Part shown: one piece after another, positions 30,065 to 39,048 of the stretch
Layout: each line of letters begins with the position of its first letter
How positions within the stretch are numbered: position 1 is the first letter of the stretch
From: Candidatus Omnitrophota bacterium
Lineage (GTDB): Bacteria; Omnitrophota; Gorgyraeia; Gygaellales; Profunditerraquicolaceae
DNA length: 53,643 nt
Assembly: GCA_043812955.1 (NCBI GenBank)
Contig: JBDRLN010000067.1
Span: forward strand, 1 to 53,643
Reading direction: 5' to 3'
Made by a program: the position numbers and the translations under genes
Notes under the pieces: generated by a model
The model's database searches: none
Seen by the model: only the letters and a program-made list of their open reading frames with translations
Told to the model about the DNA's origin: nothing

Positions 30065-30436
30065 CTAAATACCTAAGACTTTTTTTATTTTACTTATTTG
30101 CTCATTAATGTCACTGAATTTGGAAATAAATAAACGGTTGGCAATCTTTCCACCCCTCGCAGCTACTTCCTCTTCAGTAATGGCGCCAGTCAGAAATATT
30201 ACGGGGATATTTTTTGTCTTTTCATATTCCTGTAAATTACCCGCTATATCTCCTCCGCCTATCCCGGGCATCATTACATCCAGGACTATCAAATCAGGGG
30301 TTTCCTGGCGAGCGATCCTCAAACAACTCTCGTTGTCAGTGGCGGTAAAGACTTTAAATCCCTCCTTAGAAAGAAAATTATATAAAAGATCAACTATCTT
30401 CTTCTCATCATCTACAACTAAAATCTTTTTCCCCAT
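30065..30436 (-). CDS. Single-domain response regulator
   Basis: ILVVDDE, PDLIVLDVMMP, IPVIFLT. Confidence 0.9.
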   Translation of the reverse strand: MGKKILVVDDEKKIVDLLYNFLSKEGFKVFTATDNESCLRIARQETPDLIVLDVMMPGIGGGDIAGNLQEYEKTKNIPVIFLTGAITEEEVAARGGKIANRLFISKFSDINEQISKIKKVLGI

Positions 30437-30495
30437 GTTTATTGCTCCTTTCCCAGGTTAAACTACGAATCCTCTCGTAAATAAGCCGCACTTGC

Positions 30496-30879
30496 TCACT
30501 CTATAGCCATATGCAGCTTCTTCTTCACCGTATCTAAAAGCGAGAACAGGTCAACCGGTTTATAAATAACGTCGCCCGGGCCGAGGCCTAATTCTTTTAA
30601 CCCGGAGGAATAATACTCCTCCGCGTCAATGGAACCGGTTAAGATGATAACCGGCCTGACATCGTTTAAATTTTTCTTTTCCTTCAACACCTCTAAACCC
30701 CCTACCTTAGGCATCTTCATATCTATAACCATTAAATCCATTTCCAGGCCTGGCCTCAACAATTCAATCGCCTCTTCACCTCCTGATGCCTGAATTATCT
30801 CAAAGCCCATTTTAGCCAAAAATTCAACCAAGACCCTTCTTATCCCTTCTTCATCATCCACCACCAGGATTTTAGGCAT
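30496..30879 (-). CDS. Single-domain response regulator
   Basis: KILVVDDE, DMKMP, VIILTG, KP. Confidence 0.9.
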   Translation of the reverse strand: MPKILVVDDEEGIRRVLVEFLAKMGFEIIQASGGEEAIELLRPGLEMDLMVIDMKMPKVGGLEVLKEKKNLNDVRPVIILTGSIDAEEYYSSGLKELGLGPGDVIYKPVDLFSLLDTVKKKLHMAIE

Positions 30880-32870
30880 TATGCTTTACCCCCCCCTAAA
30901 GGCAATAGTATAGAAGCAGTGGTTCCTTTTTTCAATTCGCTTTCAAATTTTAATTCTCCGTTATGCGCTTTTATAATACCGTAACAAACTGCCAGCCCTA
31001 GACCAGTTCCTTTTTCTTTAGTGGTAAAGAACGGCTCAAATAACCTTTTTTTAGCTTCTTCCGGCATACCGGATCCAGTATCCTTAAAATCAAGCCGCAA
31101 AAAATCCCCCTCTAAAAAAGTGGTTATAGTAATAGCTCCCACGCCAGACATTGCGTCTTTAGCGTTATTAATAAGATTCATAAACACCTCTTGGATCTGT
31201 TGTTCGTCAATGGTTATAAGAGGCAGATTTTCCTGATAATTTCTTTTTATCTCTACATCGTCTAACTTAAATTGGTGTTCCATAATACCCAATACTGCCT
31301 CTATGCTCTTATTGATATCCACCTCTTTTGTTTCGCCTTTGCTGGGCCGGGAAAATTTCAGGAGCCTCCGGATAATATTCTTAGCCCTGAGGCACTCCTC
31401 CATTATAATCTTTAGGTTATTCTTTACTGCCTCGCTTTGTATTTCCTCCATCAGAGACAGCTGGGCATTTCCTGAGATAATCATCAGAGGATTATTTACC
31501 TCATGAGCCATAGACGAAACCAGCTTACCCAAAGAAGCCAGCTTCTCGGACTGAATGAGCATATCCTGGGTAAGCTTCAAATCCTCGATGTGCTGCTCTA
31601 GTTTTTCCCTGATCTGATTATTATCATCCAACATGCTGATCACTATTTTGCGGGATGTTGCCTCATCTTTCAAGGTCTCACTTAGGTTCTCTTCCACCTT
31701 CTTGCGCACGGCGATTTCTTTATTGAGATTGTCTATTGAGGTAGTGGTCTTCTGCAAATCTTCAACCATATTATTAAAGCTATCAACCAACAATCCTATT
31801 TCACCACCTGCATTAACATTTACGCGGGTAGAGAGGTCTCCTTTAGCCAGGCGATTTGCCGAAGTAACAAGGCCTACTAAAGGTATTGAAAATTGTTTTG
31901 ACATAACTAAAGCGAGTATTATTATAAGAACCGTGATTAAAAATATATAAAGAATGGAATCCTTGAAAGCATTTTTTGACTCTATATGGAATATATCTGG
32001 AGATATACCAAGCACAACCTTGAATAGCGCTTGATTATTTGAACCTATCTTAACTGTGTCGGAAACAATGTAAAAACTAAGAGGGTTATCATTTTTGAGC
32101 GAATCCGGATGTCGATAAAGCAGACTCTTCTGGCCTGGCGCAAATATTAGTTCATCATCTAAAGTAAACAAGCTTGCCACATGTTCATTATAAAATACAT
32201 ATCCATCCAAATGCTTTAAATAATCTGTCAAATCGCAGTGAAAAATCACTGCCCCTGCAAACCCACCCACCTCAGGATCATACTTGGGAGTGCCGATGAA
32301 AAAGGTAAATTTACCACCATATTCAAACGGACCCTCAAATAATATCGCGTCTATTTTTTCACGTTTTAATCTTTTAAATAAGGTATAAATCTTTGAATGT
32401 AGTATGTCGGTGGGAGGAAAGTTATCCAGCGAAACATAGTTTCTTAACCTTTTATTGCCTTTAGTTATAACCCTCTCTATACCTTTTGGATCAATGAATC
32501 TGGCTGATAAATATATCCCTCCAGCTCTATTGGTGAAATGCAAAAATAGCTGTTCAGCAAGGGGTTTAGTTAAGAGAATTTCGTCTTTTTGTGAACTTAA
32601 GAAGCTATTGAAGACAGAGCTTTTTTCTATAAAATCGCAATCCCCTCTAATGCGTGAGGTGTATATCCTATCAAAATAAGCAATAGAACTACCCAATGCA
32701 TTCGAAAATTGGGACTTTAATTCTTTCTTAATAGCTTTTTGTTTATAGAGATAATACTGTGCTCCTGTAATAACAATAATGACAATTCCTACCCCAAAAT
32801 AAGAAATAAAGAGCCGCTGAAAAATCGAAAGCCCCTTAGGTCCTTTTTTGTCTATTATCTTGTTTTGCAT
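30879..32870 (-). CDS. Membrane sensor histidine kinase (periplasmic sensor, HAMP, HisKA, HATPase)
   Basis: Two TMs, HAMP, SEKLASLG...AHEVNNPL, QVFMNLINNA, DTGSG, FFTTK.KGTGLGL. Confidence 0.92.
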   Translation of the reverse strand: MQNKIIDKKGPKGLSIFQRLFISYFGVGIVIIVITGAQYYLYKQKAIKKELKSQFSNALGSSIAYFDRIYTSRIRGDCDFIEKSSVFNSFLSSQKDEILLTKPLAEQLFLHFTNRAGGIYLSARFIDPKGIERVITKGNKRLRNYVSLDNFPPTDILHSKIYTLFKRLKREKIDAILFEGPFEYGGKFTFFIGTPKYDPEVGGFAGAVIFHCDLTDYLKHLDGYVFYNEHVASLFTLDDELIFAPGQKSLLYRHPDSLKNDNPLSFYIVSDTVKIGSNNQALFKVVLGISPDIFHIESKNAFKDSILYIFLITVLIIILALVMSKQFSIPLVGLVTSANRLAKGDLSTRVNVNAGGEIGLLVDSFNNMVEDLQKTTTSIDNLNKEIAVRKKVEENLSETLKDEATSRKIVISMLDDNNQIREKLEQHIEDLKLTQDMLIQSEKLASLGKLVSSMAHEVNNPLMIISGNAQLSLMEEIQSEAVKNNLKIIMEECLRAKNIIRRLLKFSRPSKGETKEVDINKSIEAVLGIMEHQFKLDDVEIKRNYQENLPLITIDEQQIQEVFMNLINNAKDAMSGVGAITITTFLEGDFLRLDFKDTGSGMPEEAKKRLFEPFFTTKEKGTGLGLAVCYGIIKAHNGELKFESELKKGTTASILLPLGGGKA

Positions 32871-32884
32871 ATCCTTACCTTCTT

Positions 32885-33988
32885 TTATTGCGGATATATT
32901 TCTAATGCCAAAGCCTTATCAGTATACTCCTCAATAAAATCCTTACCTGATAAGTCTATCCCCAGCATCAGCGCCCTTTCGCGATTCACCATTACTGCTC
33001 CTCTGGTAGGAGCAATCACCGGGATACTAGCTGGGTCTTTCTTTTCATGAAGTATCATATACGCCATTCTAACCGCTTCATATCCCTGTTTAAAACCAGA
33101 ATCATCAACCACCAGAAGTATCCCTTCTTGAACAAATTGTTTTTCATGCCCACAATCAGGTTTCATTATGTTGCGCAGATACCAAGCCCCTGCTTTCAAT
33201 TGGTCAACCGGATTGCCTTGCTCATCTTTAAGCGTATTGTGATTAGATATAAAGAAAGCGTCAATCTTGTTTTGCAGCCTCAAGGCTGCTGATTGCCACT
33301 CAAGATACGAATTGGTCACCACTGACTCTACGAGTTTAAAGGGAAGACTGCCTTCCTCTGCAAAGTTCTCAATTTTCTTGACCTTTGCTCTACCGGTCTC
33401 AGAATCATCTGAAAGCACAGCAAGAGTTTTAATTTCAGGAACAAGTTTTTTAAGATATTCCAAAGCCTCCCTTTCGTATCCTGATTGGTAAACACCTGTC
33501 ACATTATGTCCGGGGCGTTCAAGGGAATCAAGTAAACCATACTTTAAGGGAATTCCGTTTATTCCCCAAAAGACCACGGGTATATCAGTATCGATAAATT
33601 GGTTGCCGATATAATTTACCGCATTATCATCGCCCAAAAGAATCAAATCTGGCTTAAATTCGTTTATTTCCTCTACGATTTTGGCTGTAGCTTGTGCAAT
33701 TTCATTCTTTGCACTTTTTCGCTTGGTATCCATCCAGGCTTTTTTAATCACAATCTTATCCGTTTTCAGATAATCATTTTGCGTATATTCATCGGTTTGC
33801 GCTTTATTATCCAGGAATTTAAAATCAAGCAGAGCAGCGCAAACTCCTTTATGGGTATCCTGCGACCAAAGATATTCCCGATGATAACTACTCACTACAA
33901 ATATCCGTATCTTCTTCGGCTCTCCATAACTTACCGAGACCAGGCCGAATACAAATAATAAAACAAATATAATCTTCTCCAACTTCAC
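32885..33988 (-). CDS. Periplasmic ABC-type substrate-binding-like sensor protein
   Basis: Signal peptide, SSYH..Y.WS, PDLILLGDDNA, PVVFWGIN, NVTGV; no permease genes nearby. Confidence 0.7.
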   Translation of the reverse strand: MKLEKIIFVLLFVFGLVSVSYGEPKKIRIFVVSSYHREYLWSQDTHKGVCAALLDFKFLDNKAQTDEYTQNDYLKTDKIVIKKAWMDTKRKSAKNEIAQATAKIVEEINEFKPDLILLGDDNAVNYIGNQFIDTDIPVVFWGINGIPLKYGLLDSLERPGHNVTGVYQSGYEREALEYLKKLVPEIKTLAVLSDDSETGRAKVKKIENFAEEGSLPFKLVESVVTNSYLEWQSAALRLQNKIDAFFISNHNTLKDEQGNPVDQLKAGAWYLRNIMKPDCGHEKQFVQEGILLVVDDSGFKQGYEAVRMAYMILHEKKDPASIPVIAPTRGAVMVNRERALMLGIDLSGKDFIEEYTDKALALEIYPQ

Positions 33989-34058
33989 TATCCACCTCCT
34001 AATTTGTTTATGCTAACTTAAGCTGAAGTAGCTTACGTAAATTGCTTCAAAGAAGACT

Positions 34059-35327
34059 CTAATACGGTTTTGGCTTTCCAAGTTCCTCGCATAATTTGTT
34101 GGCTTCTTCCTTTAGCTCAAGTATGCGCCCTTCCCTGCCTACGCCAGCCTTATAAAAAACTTCCAATTCCAGTAAATGCTTCTGCGCTTCTTCTGCCATC
34201 ATCTTGCGCCCGGATATATCCCTAATAAATTGCACTAACCCGGTACTATTCCCTTTGTCGTTAAAAATAGGGGAAATGGACACTTCGAGGTATTTATTTA
34301 GGCGGGGATCGAAAAATTCTGTCTGCGCCTTTTTCCTATTCAGCTGAGCTTCTTTGCTGGGGCAATCCGGAGGCGGTTCTTTCGCCCCATGTATCAGCTC
34401 ATAACAAAGCTTTCCGATAATCTCTTTAGGTTCTAGATTAAAAGCATTAGCAAAGGCTTTGTTAACCCTGATAATCTTGAAATTCATATCCGTAATTAAA
34501 ATTAAATCCGTTATAGCATCAAAGATCACCCTCCACTCCGCTGCTACATGTTTAATTTGCTCCTCCGTCTTCTTGCGCTCGGTGATATCCTGGAAATATA
34601 AATTTGCATATCCGGCCCCTTTTATCGGCGCAATTACGACTGAAAAGATTTTACCTTCTTCTTCTTCTTCTTCTTGCCACGTCTTTCCGGCATCAAACCT
34701 CTCCTTGACCAGACAGCACCATCTCTCAGGCGCCTTTGACCCTACTTTGATGCCCCACCCGGCAAGTATCTTCAAACCTTTTTCGTTGCTATACAGGATC
34801 ATGCCATCTTCGGCTATGCGCAAGACAGGTAAAGGATTTTCTGACGGAAATCTTGCAAGACTTACTATCTCCTCCCTCTCCGCCTTCCTGCGCTCAGTGA
34901 TGTCTTCAATAGAAAGTAGGATTAGTTCTTCTTCTTTCACCCCTGCCGCTATTATTGCTGCTATTTTCTTAGGGATACGCAACTGACAGGCATTCACGAT
35001 CATGACTCGCTCGCCAATATGCTCAAATTTATGCTCGACCTCATAATTTTTCACAACTTTCTTTTCTGGTAAAATTTCTTTTAATAGCTGAAGCAGCTTA
35101 GGAATATTCCATTGCCTATTACCTAAATCAGGAAATAGCTGGCCTATTGTGTCTTTTTCTGCAACCTTAAAGGTGGCATAGAAAGATTGGTTCGAAGAAA
35201 TGATCCGTAAGTTTTTATCCAATACCAAAAACGGCTCTCTTAGTGTAGCGATAATGTTATTACTATACTCTAAGGACTCTAAGTCTATTTTAATTTTTGA
35301 CTCTTCACTCTGATTTTTATCTTTCAT
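34059..35327 (-). CDS. Multi-PAS protein with C-terminal coiled coil and no output domain
   Basis: Three PAS/PAC repeats ending DITER/DITER/DISGR; tail VGREGRILELKEEANKL. Confidence 0.8.
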   Translation of the reverse strand: MKDKNQSEESKIKIDLESLEYSNNIIATLREPFLVLDKNLRIISSNQSFYATFKVAEKDTIGQLFPDLGNRQWNIPKLLQLLKEILPEKKVVKNYEVEHKFEHIGERVMIVNACQLRIPKKIAAIIAAGVKEEELILLSIEDITERRKAEREEIVSLARFPSENPLPVLRIAEDGMILYSNEKGLKILAGWGIKVGSKAPERWCCLVKERFDAGKTWQEEEEEEGKIFSVVIAPIKGAGYANLYFQDITERKKTEEQIKHVAAEWRVIFDAITDLILITDMNFKIIRVNKAFANAFNLEPKEIIGKLCYELIHGAKEPPPDCPSKEAQLNRKKAQTEFFDPRLNKYLEVSISPIFNDKGNSTGLVQFIRDISGRKMMAEEAQKHLLELEVFYKAGVGREGRILELKEEANKLCEELGKPKPY

Positions 35328-35430
35328 TTTTCAAACTCTCCATACACCCGGTCAGATCACACCTTGGCATAAAGGATTGCCAAATGCGCCCCTTCTGGGG
35401 CGGATTGGCCGGTGTGTCACTTTCTGCAAC

Positions 35431-35467
35431 AAAAAACCCAAGGCCTGCATTTCTGCAGTGCCTTGGG
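35431..35467 (-). terminator. Intrinsic terminator/attenuator upstream of the PAS gene
   Basis: Minus strand CCCAAGGC-ACTGCA GAAA TGCAG-GCCTTGGG followed by TTTTTT. Confidence 0.65.
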
Positions 35468-35781
35468 CTAATGTTCAGTGATTAGCTAAAAGGGCTATCT
35501 TTGTTTGTTTGCTTGTTTATCGTTCTATTCTTCCTCTCCAAAGGATCTCCTTTGTGAGCCGCCTAATTAATATTATACTCTTTTATATATTGGAATCAAC
35601 AACTCTGTCCGTATTTAAGCGAATGCCCTAAGTTAAAATCTTTGCCTATTTCCATACCCTGAGCTGGCTGAACTGCACCCTGAATTTCTTAAAGAATTTC
35701 TATCTTCTGCTTTTCAGCATGAGGCACAAAAACGCAGCCGGATGAATAATTGTATGGATAGAGTCGTCCCTAAATCAATTC

Positions 35782-35859
35782 TGGTCGGGAAGGGCGGATT
35801 TGAACCGCCGGCCTCTTGCTCCCGAAGCAAGCGCTCTAGCCAAACTGAGCCACTTCCCG
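35782..35859 (-). tRNA. tRNA-Pro(CGG)
   Basis: CGGGAAG acceptor stem, D-arm GCTCAGTTTGGCTAGAGC, anticodon loop TTCGGGA, GGTTCAAATCC, encoded CCA. Confidence 0.95.
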
Positions 35860-35912
35860 TAAAATATCTTTGATTGGTTTTATCAGTATATCAGAAAAAA
35901 CAATAAAAAACA

Positions 35913-35990
35913 AGGGACGGTTCTCAGCTCGATCTTAAAGTGTCCCCGAATAGGGGACACTTTAGCCTTGGTTTGAGAACCGTCCCTGAG
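35913..35990. repeat. Nested palindromic element, copy 2 (inverted relative to 921-1000)
   Basis: Same outer and inner IRs; supplies the ribE C-terminus TQGRFSNQG and its stop codon. Confidence 0.85.
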
Positions 35991-36567
35991 TTTTGGCTAA
36001 AATATCAAACTCCAGGTTAACTTGGCCTGAAGGGCCTTTAAACCCTAAGGTAGTATTCTTTAAGGTATGCGGGATAATATAAACCGTAAAGGTATTCGAT
36101 CTTTTTTCCACAATAGTCAAACTTATACCATCGATAGCTATCGAACCTTTAGGCAAGATATAACCTAAGAATTTACCTGGAACAACTATTTCAAAACTTA
36201 AATTACCCGCTATATGATTTTTCTTACGGACCACCCCTAAGCAATCAATATGCCCGCTAACAAAATGTCCGGATAACCTATCACCGATTTTCAGGCTGCG
36301 TTCAAGATTTACCTTATCACTGATTCCTAATAATCCTAAATTAGTAACCTTTAAAGTTTCCGGCATCACTTCGAAACTCACCCAGCCCCTGTTTACAGGG
36401 GCTGGGTCTATTGCTATTACCGTAAGGCAGGCGCCGTTTACCGCGATACTATCGCCTATCTTGGTATCATCTAAGGTCTTATTAGCCTGAATCTCCAACA
36501 CGGTATTATTACCGCTTCTGGAAATTTTCTTAACTACGCCTAATTCCTCAACTATTCCGCTGAACAT
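35962..36567 (-). CDS. ribE: Riboflavin synthase
   Basis: MFSGIVEE N-terminus (start 36567), GDSIAVNGACLT, GHFVSGHID, KGSIAIDGISLT. Confidence 0.94.
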   Translation of the reverse strand: MFSGIVEELGVVKKISRSGNNTVLEIQANKTLDDTKIGDSIAVNGACLTVIAIDPAPVNRGWVSFEVMPETLKVTNLGLLGISDKVNLERSLKIGDRLSGHFVSGHIDCLGVVRKKNHIAGNLSFEIVVPGKFLGYILPKGSIAIDGISLTIVEKRSNTFTVYIIPHTLKNTTLGFKGPSGQVNLEFDILAKTQGRFSNQG

Positions 36568-37648
36568 AAGCTTCAATTAAAAAGTCTTCCCCTATTTTTT
36601 TTAGTTTTACCTCTTTTAATTTTATAGCCTGCTCTACCCTGGTAATGCCCTTACCCATAACTGAGCTTATAGCGTCCCTGCCGCCGATAATCTTATTGGG
36701 GTTGATAAAGAACATAACCTTATCTACCAGGCCGTCGTCAAATAAAGAGCCGATAAGATTTCCCCCTCCCTCCACTATAACAGAAGTTATATCCATTCTG
36801 GCTAATTTCCTGAGCATATCTTTTAGGTTTACTTCCCCGGATTTCTCCATTACATCCAGAATTTTGGCTTTCTGAGCCAGGATCTTCCTGTTTTCAGTCT
36901 CCTGGCCCGGCTGAGTAAGCAAGGTAACGATTACCACCTGGCTGTCCTTAGAAAATATATTCGCAGACTGGGGAGTACTTAGCTGGCTATCCACTATTAT
37001 CTTTACCGGATTTTTCCGGGAATACCAGGCATCCAGTTTAGGGTTATCCCTTAACACCGTATTGACTCCGACCATGATAGCGTCAAAATTCCCCCGCAGG
37101 CGATGAGCAAACCCCCTAGATTTATCCGAAGTTATCCATTTGGAATCTCCGCTATGAGTGGCTATCTTTCCGTCTAAAGACTGGGCAACTTTTACCGTAA
37201 CCAAAGGCATCTTTTTAGTAATATACTTGATAAAAGCTTCATTCATCTTCTTTAATTCTTCTTCTAAAAATCCTAACTCGACTTTGATATTCTGTCTTTT
37301 TAATATATCTATACCTTTGCCGTTATTAACCGGATTGGGATCGATCATGCCAATGATTACTTCCTTGATTCCGCTTCTTATAATTCTGTCCACACAGGGA
37401 GGAGTCCGGCCATAATGGACACAAGGCTCAAGCGTAACATATAAAGTTGCGCCTTTAGCGTCTTTTCCTGCCTCATCCAAGGCAATAACCTCAGCATGAG
37501 AAGAGCCGGCTTTCTGATGAAATCCCTTACCGATAATCCGGTTGTTTTTAACTACCAAAGCGCCAACTAAAGGATTAGGGCTGGTTTTACCCTTGGCCTT
37601 AAGAGCTAGCTTCATAGCCATCCGGATATATTTCTCGTGAATATTCAA
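36548..37648 (-). CDS. ribD: Riboflavin deaminase/reductase
   Basis: TSPNPLVG, HAE, TLEPC.H.GRTPPC, SLDGKIA, SKWIT, EGGG; TTG start at the MITE boundary. Confidence 0.95.
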   Translation of the reverse strand: MNIHEKYIRMAMKLALKAKGKTSPNPLVGALVVKNNRIIGKGFHQKAGSSHAEVIALDEAGKDAKGATLYVTLEPCVHYGRTPPCVDRIIRSGIKEVIIGMIDPNPVNNGKGIDILKRQNIKVELGFLEEELKKMNEAFIKYITKKMPLVTVKVAQSLDGKIATHSGDSKWITSDKSRGFAHRLRGNFDAIMVGVNTVLRDNPKLDAWYSRKNPVKIIVDSQLSTPQSANIFSKDSQVVIVTLLTQPGQETENRKILAQKAKILDVMEKSGEVNLKDMLRKLARMDITSVIVEGGGNLIGSLFDDGLVDKVMFFINPNKIIGGRDAISSVMGKGITRVEQAIKLKEVKLKKIGEDFLIEAYVQRNS

Positions 37649-37724
37649 CCCGCACCTTCTTTCTTATTAACCAACCCAACACCTTTTGTCTTGAAATGAC
37701 TGAATTCTTTAGAAGGTGCAGGGT
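37648..37724. mobile_element. CCCCGCACC-family MITE between the PHP gene and ribD
   Basis: ACCCGCACCTTCT...AGAAGGTGCAGGGT flanked by TCA at 37645 and 37725. Confidence 0.8.
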
Positions 37725-38540
37725 TCATCTTACGGCTTGTTTAAGTTTTTCGACTAATTCATAAGGTAGTTTTATCGAGCCAATCTTAGCCTCAGGCTTG
37801 GCACTACCATGGCAATCCGAACCTCCGGTAAGCAATAGATTGTATTTACGGCAGTAACCCTCATAAATCCCTATCATCGCCTTGGTATGTTCCGGATAAT
37901 AAACCTCCAGGCCCATTATCCCGGATTTTATAAACTCTAGGATCAAATCATTGCTCTGAAGACTGTAAGGATGGGCTAATACCGGAACGCCGCCAACATC
38001 TTTAATTAGTTTTATCGCTTCTGCCGGAAAATACCTAAAGCCTAAAACATATGCCGGACACCTGTCCCCGATATATCTATTAAAGGCCTCTCCGGTAGAA
38101 CCCACTAATCCTTCTTTAACCATAGCTCTGGCTATATGCAATCTTCCTGCCGTACCGTCTGCGGAAATATCAAATACTGCCTGCGGATCCAGTTTTAAAC
38201 CTAAATCCATTAATTTATCTAATATCCTATATACCCTGTCGACCCGGTTTTTCTTTAATAAAACCATCTTCTCTTTAAAACATTCATCCTGATAATCAAT
38301 CAGATAACCCAAGATATGCACTTCGGATTTTCCGTATTCAGCAGTAAGCTCTACCCCCGGAATAACCTCGATACTTCTACCAAGAGCAGCTTTCACAACC
38401 GGTTCAATTCCATCAACCGTATCATGATCAACCACTGATATAACTGATATCCCGAATTTAACCGCTTGCTGAATTAACTCCTCGGGAGTATACGTGCCAT
38501 CAGAATAGGCTGTATGTAAATGCAGATCAGCGAATTTCAC
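37725..38540 (-). CDS. PHP-domain phosphoesterase (YciV/TrpH-like)
   Basis: DLHLHT.YSDG, DHD, IPGVE, HILGY, GRLHIA, LAHP, GGSDCHG. Confidence 0.88.
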   Translation of the reverse strand: MKFADLHLHTAYSDGTYTPEELIQQAVKFGISVISVVDHDTVDGIEPVVKAALGRSIEVIPGVELTAEYGKSEVHILGYLIDYQDECFKEKMVLLKKNRVDRVYRILDKLMDLGLKLDPQAVFDISADGTAGRLHIARAMVKEGLVGSTGEAFNRYIGDRCPAYVLGFRYFPAEAIKLIKDVGGVPVLAHPYSLQSNDLILEFIKSGIMGLEVYYPEHTKAMIGIYEGYCRKYNLLLTGGSDCHGSAKPEAKIGSIKLPYELVEKLKQAVR

Positions 38541-38613
38541 CCCGCACCTTCTTTCTTACTCATAATACTAAAACCATTTGTTTTAAAATCATTGGATTTT
38601 AGAAGGTGCGGGG
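38540..38613. mobile_element. CCCCGCACC-family MITE between nusB and the PHP gene
   Basis: Perfect 13 bp TIR CCCCGCACCTTCT/AGAAGGTGCGGGG flanked by TCA at 38537 and 38614. Confidence 0.85.
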
Positions 38614-39033
38614 TCACTTCTCTTTCTCTATTTTTATCTTATCCAGAACACCGTTAACGAATTTAGCTGATTTTGGTTCAGAGTATTTCTTGGCCAGTTC
38701 AACTGCCTCATTTATAGATACTTTGGGCGGAATCTCTTGCCTAAAAAGTAATTCATAGGCGCTCAAGCGCAATATATTCCTATCTACCACAGCCATGCGC
38801 TCCAATTTCCAGTTAGTAGCATACTGGGAGATATCTCTATCAATTTCCGCCAAATTACAAATTACCCCTTTGACTAATTCTGCGGCAAAAACCTTAACCG
38901 AATCCTCGACTTCTTCCTCCACTCCCATCAGCCAAAAATTAGCCAAAACCACTTCCAGGTCTTTGTCTTTAGTAATATCCAATTTATAAAGAACCTGCAA
39001 AGCATATTCCCTGGCTAATGTCCTTTTACGCAT
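38614..39033 (-). CDS. nusB: Transcription antitermination factor NusB
   Basis: R..ARE.ALQ.LY, W...R...VDRNILR, INEAVELAKKY, FVNGVLD. Confidence 0.95.
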   Translation of the reverse strand: MRKRTLAREYALQVLYKLDITKDKDLEVVLANFWLMGVEEEVEDSVKVFAAELVKGVICNLAEIDRDISQYATNWKLERMAVVDRNILRLSAYELLFRQEIPPKVSINEAVELAKKYSEPKSAKFVNGVLDKIKIEKEK

Positions 39034-39048
39034 GTTGGTTTACCCCTT

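Noticed and set aside
29800-35781. attL/attR-bounded genomic island at tRNA-Pro
   Set aside because: No duplicate of the tRNA 3' end was found by eye and there is no integrase; kept only as a signalling cassette.
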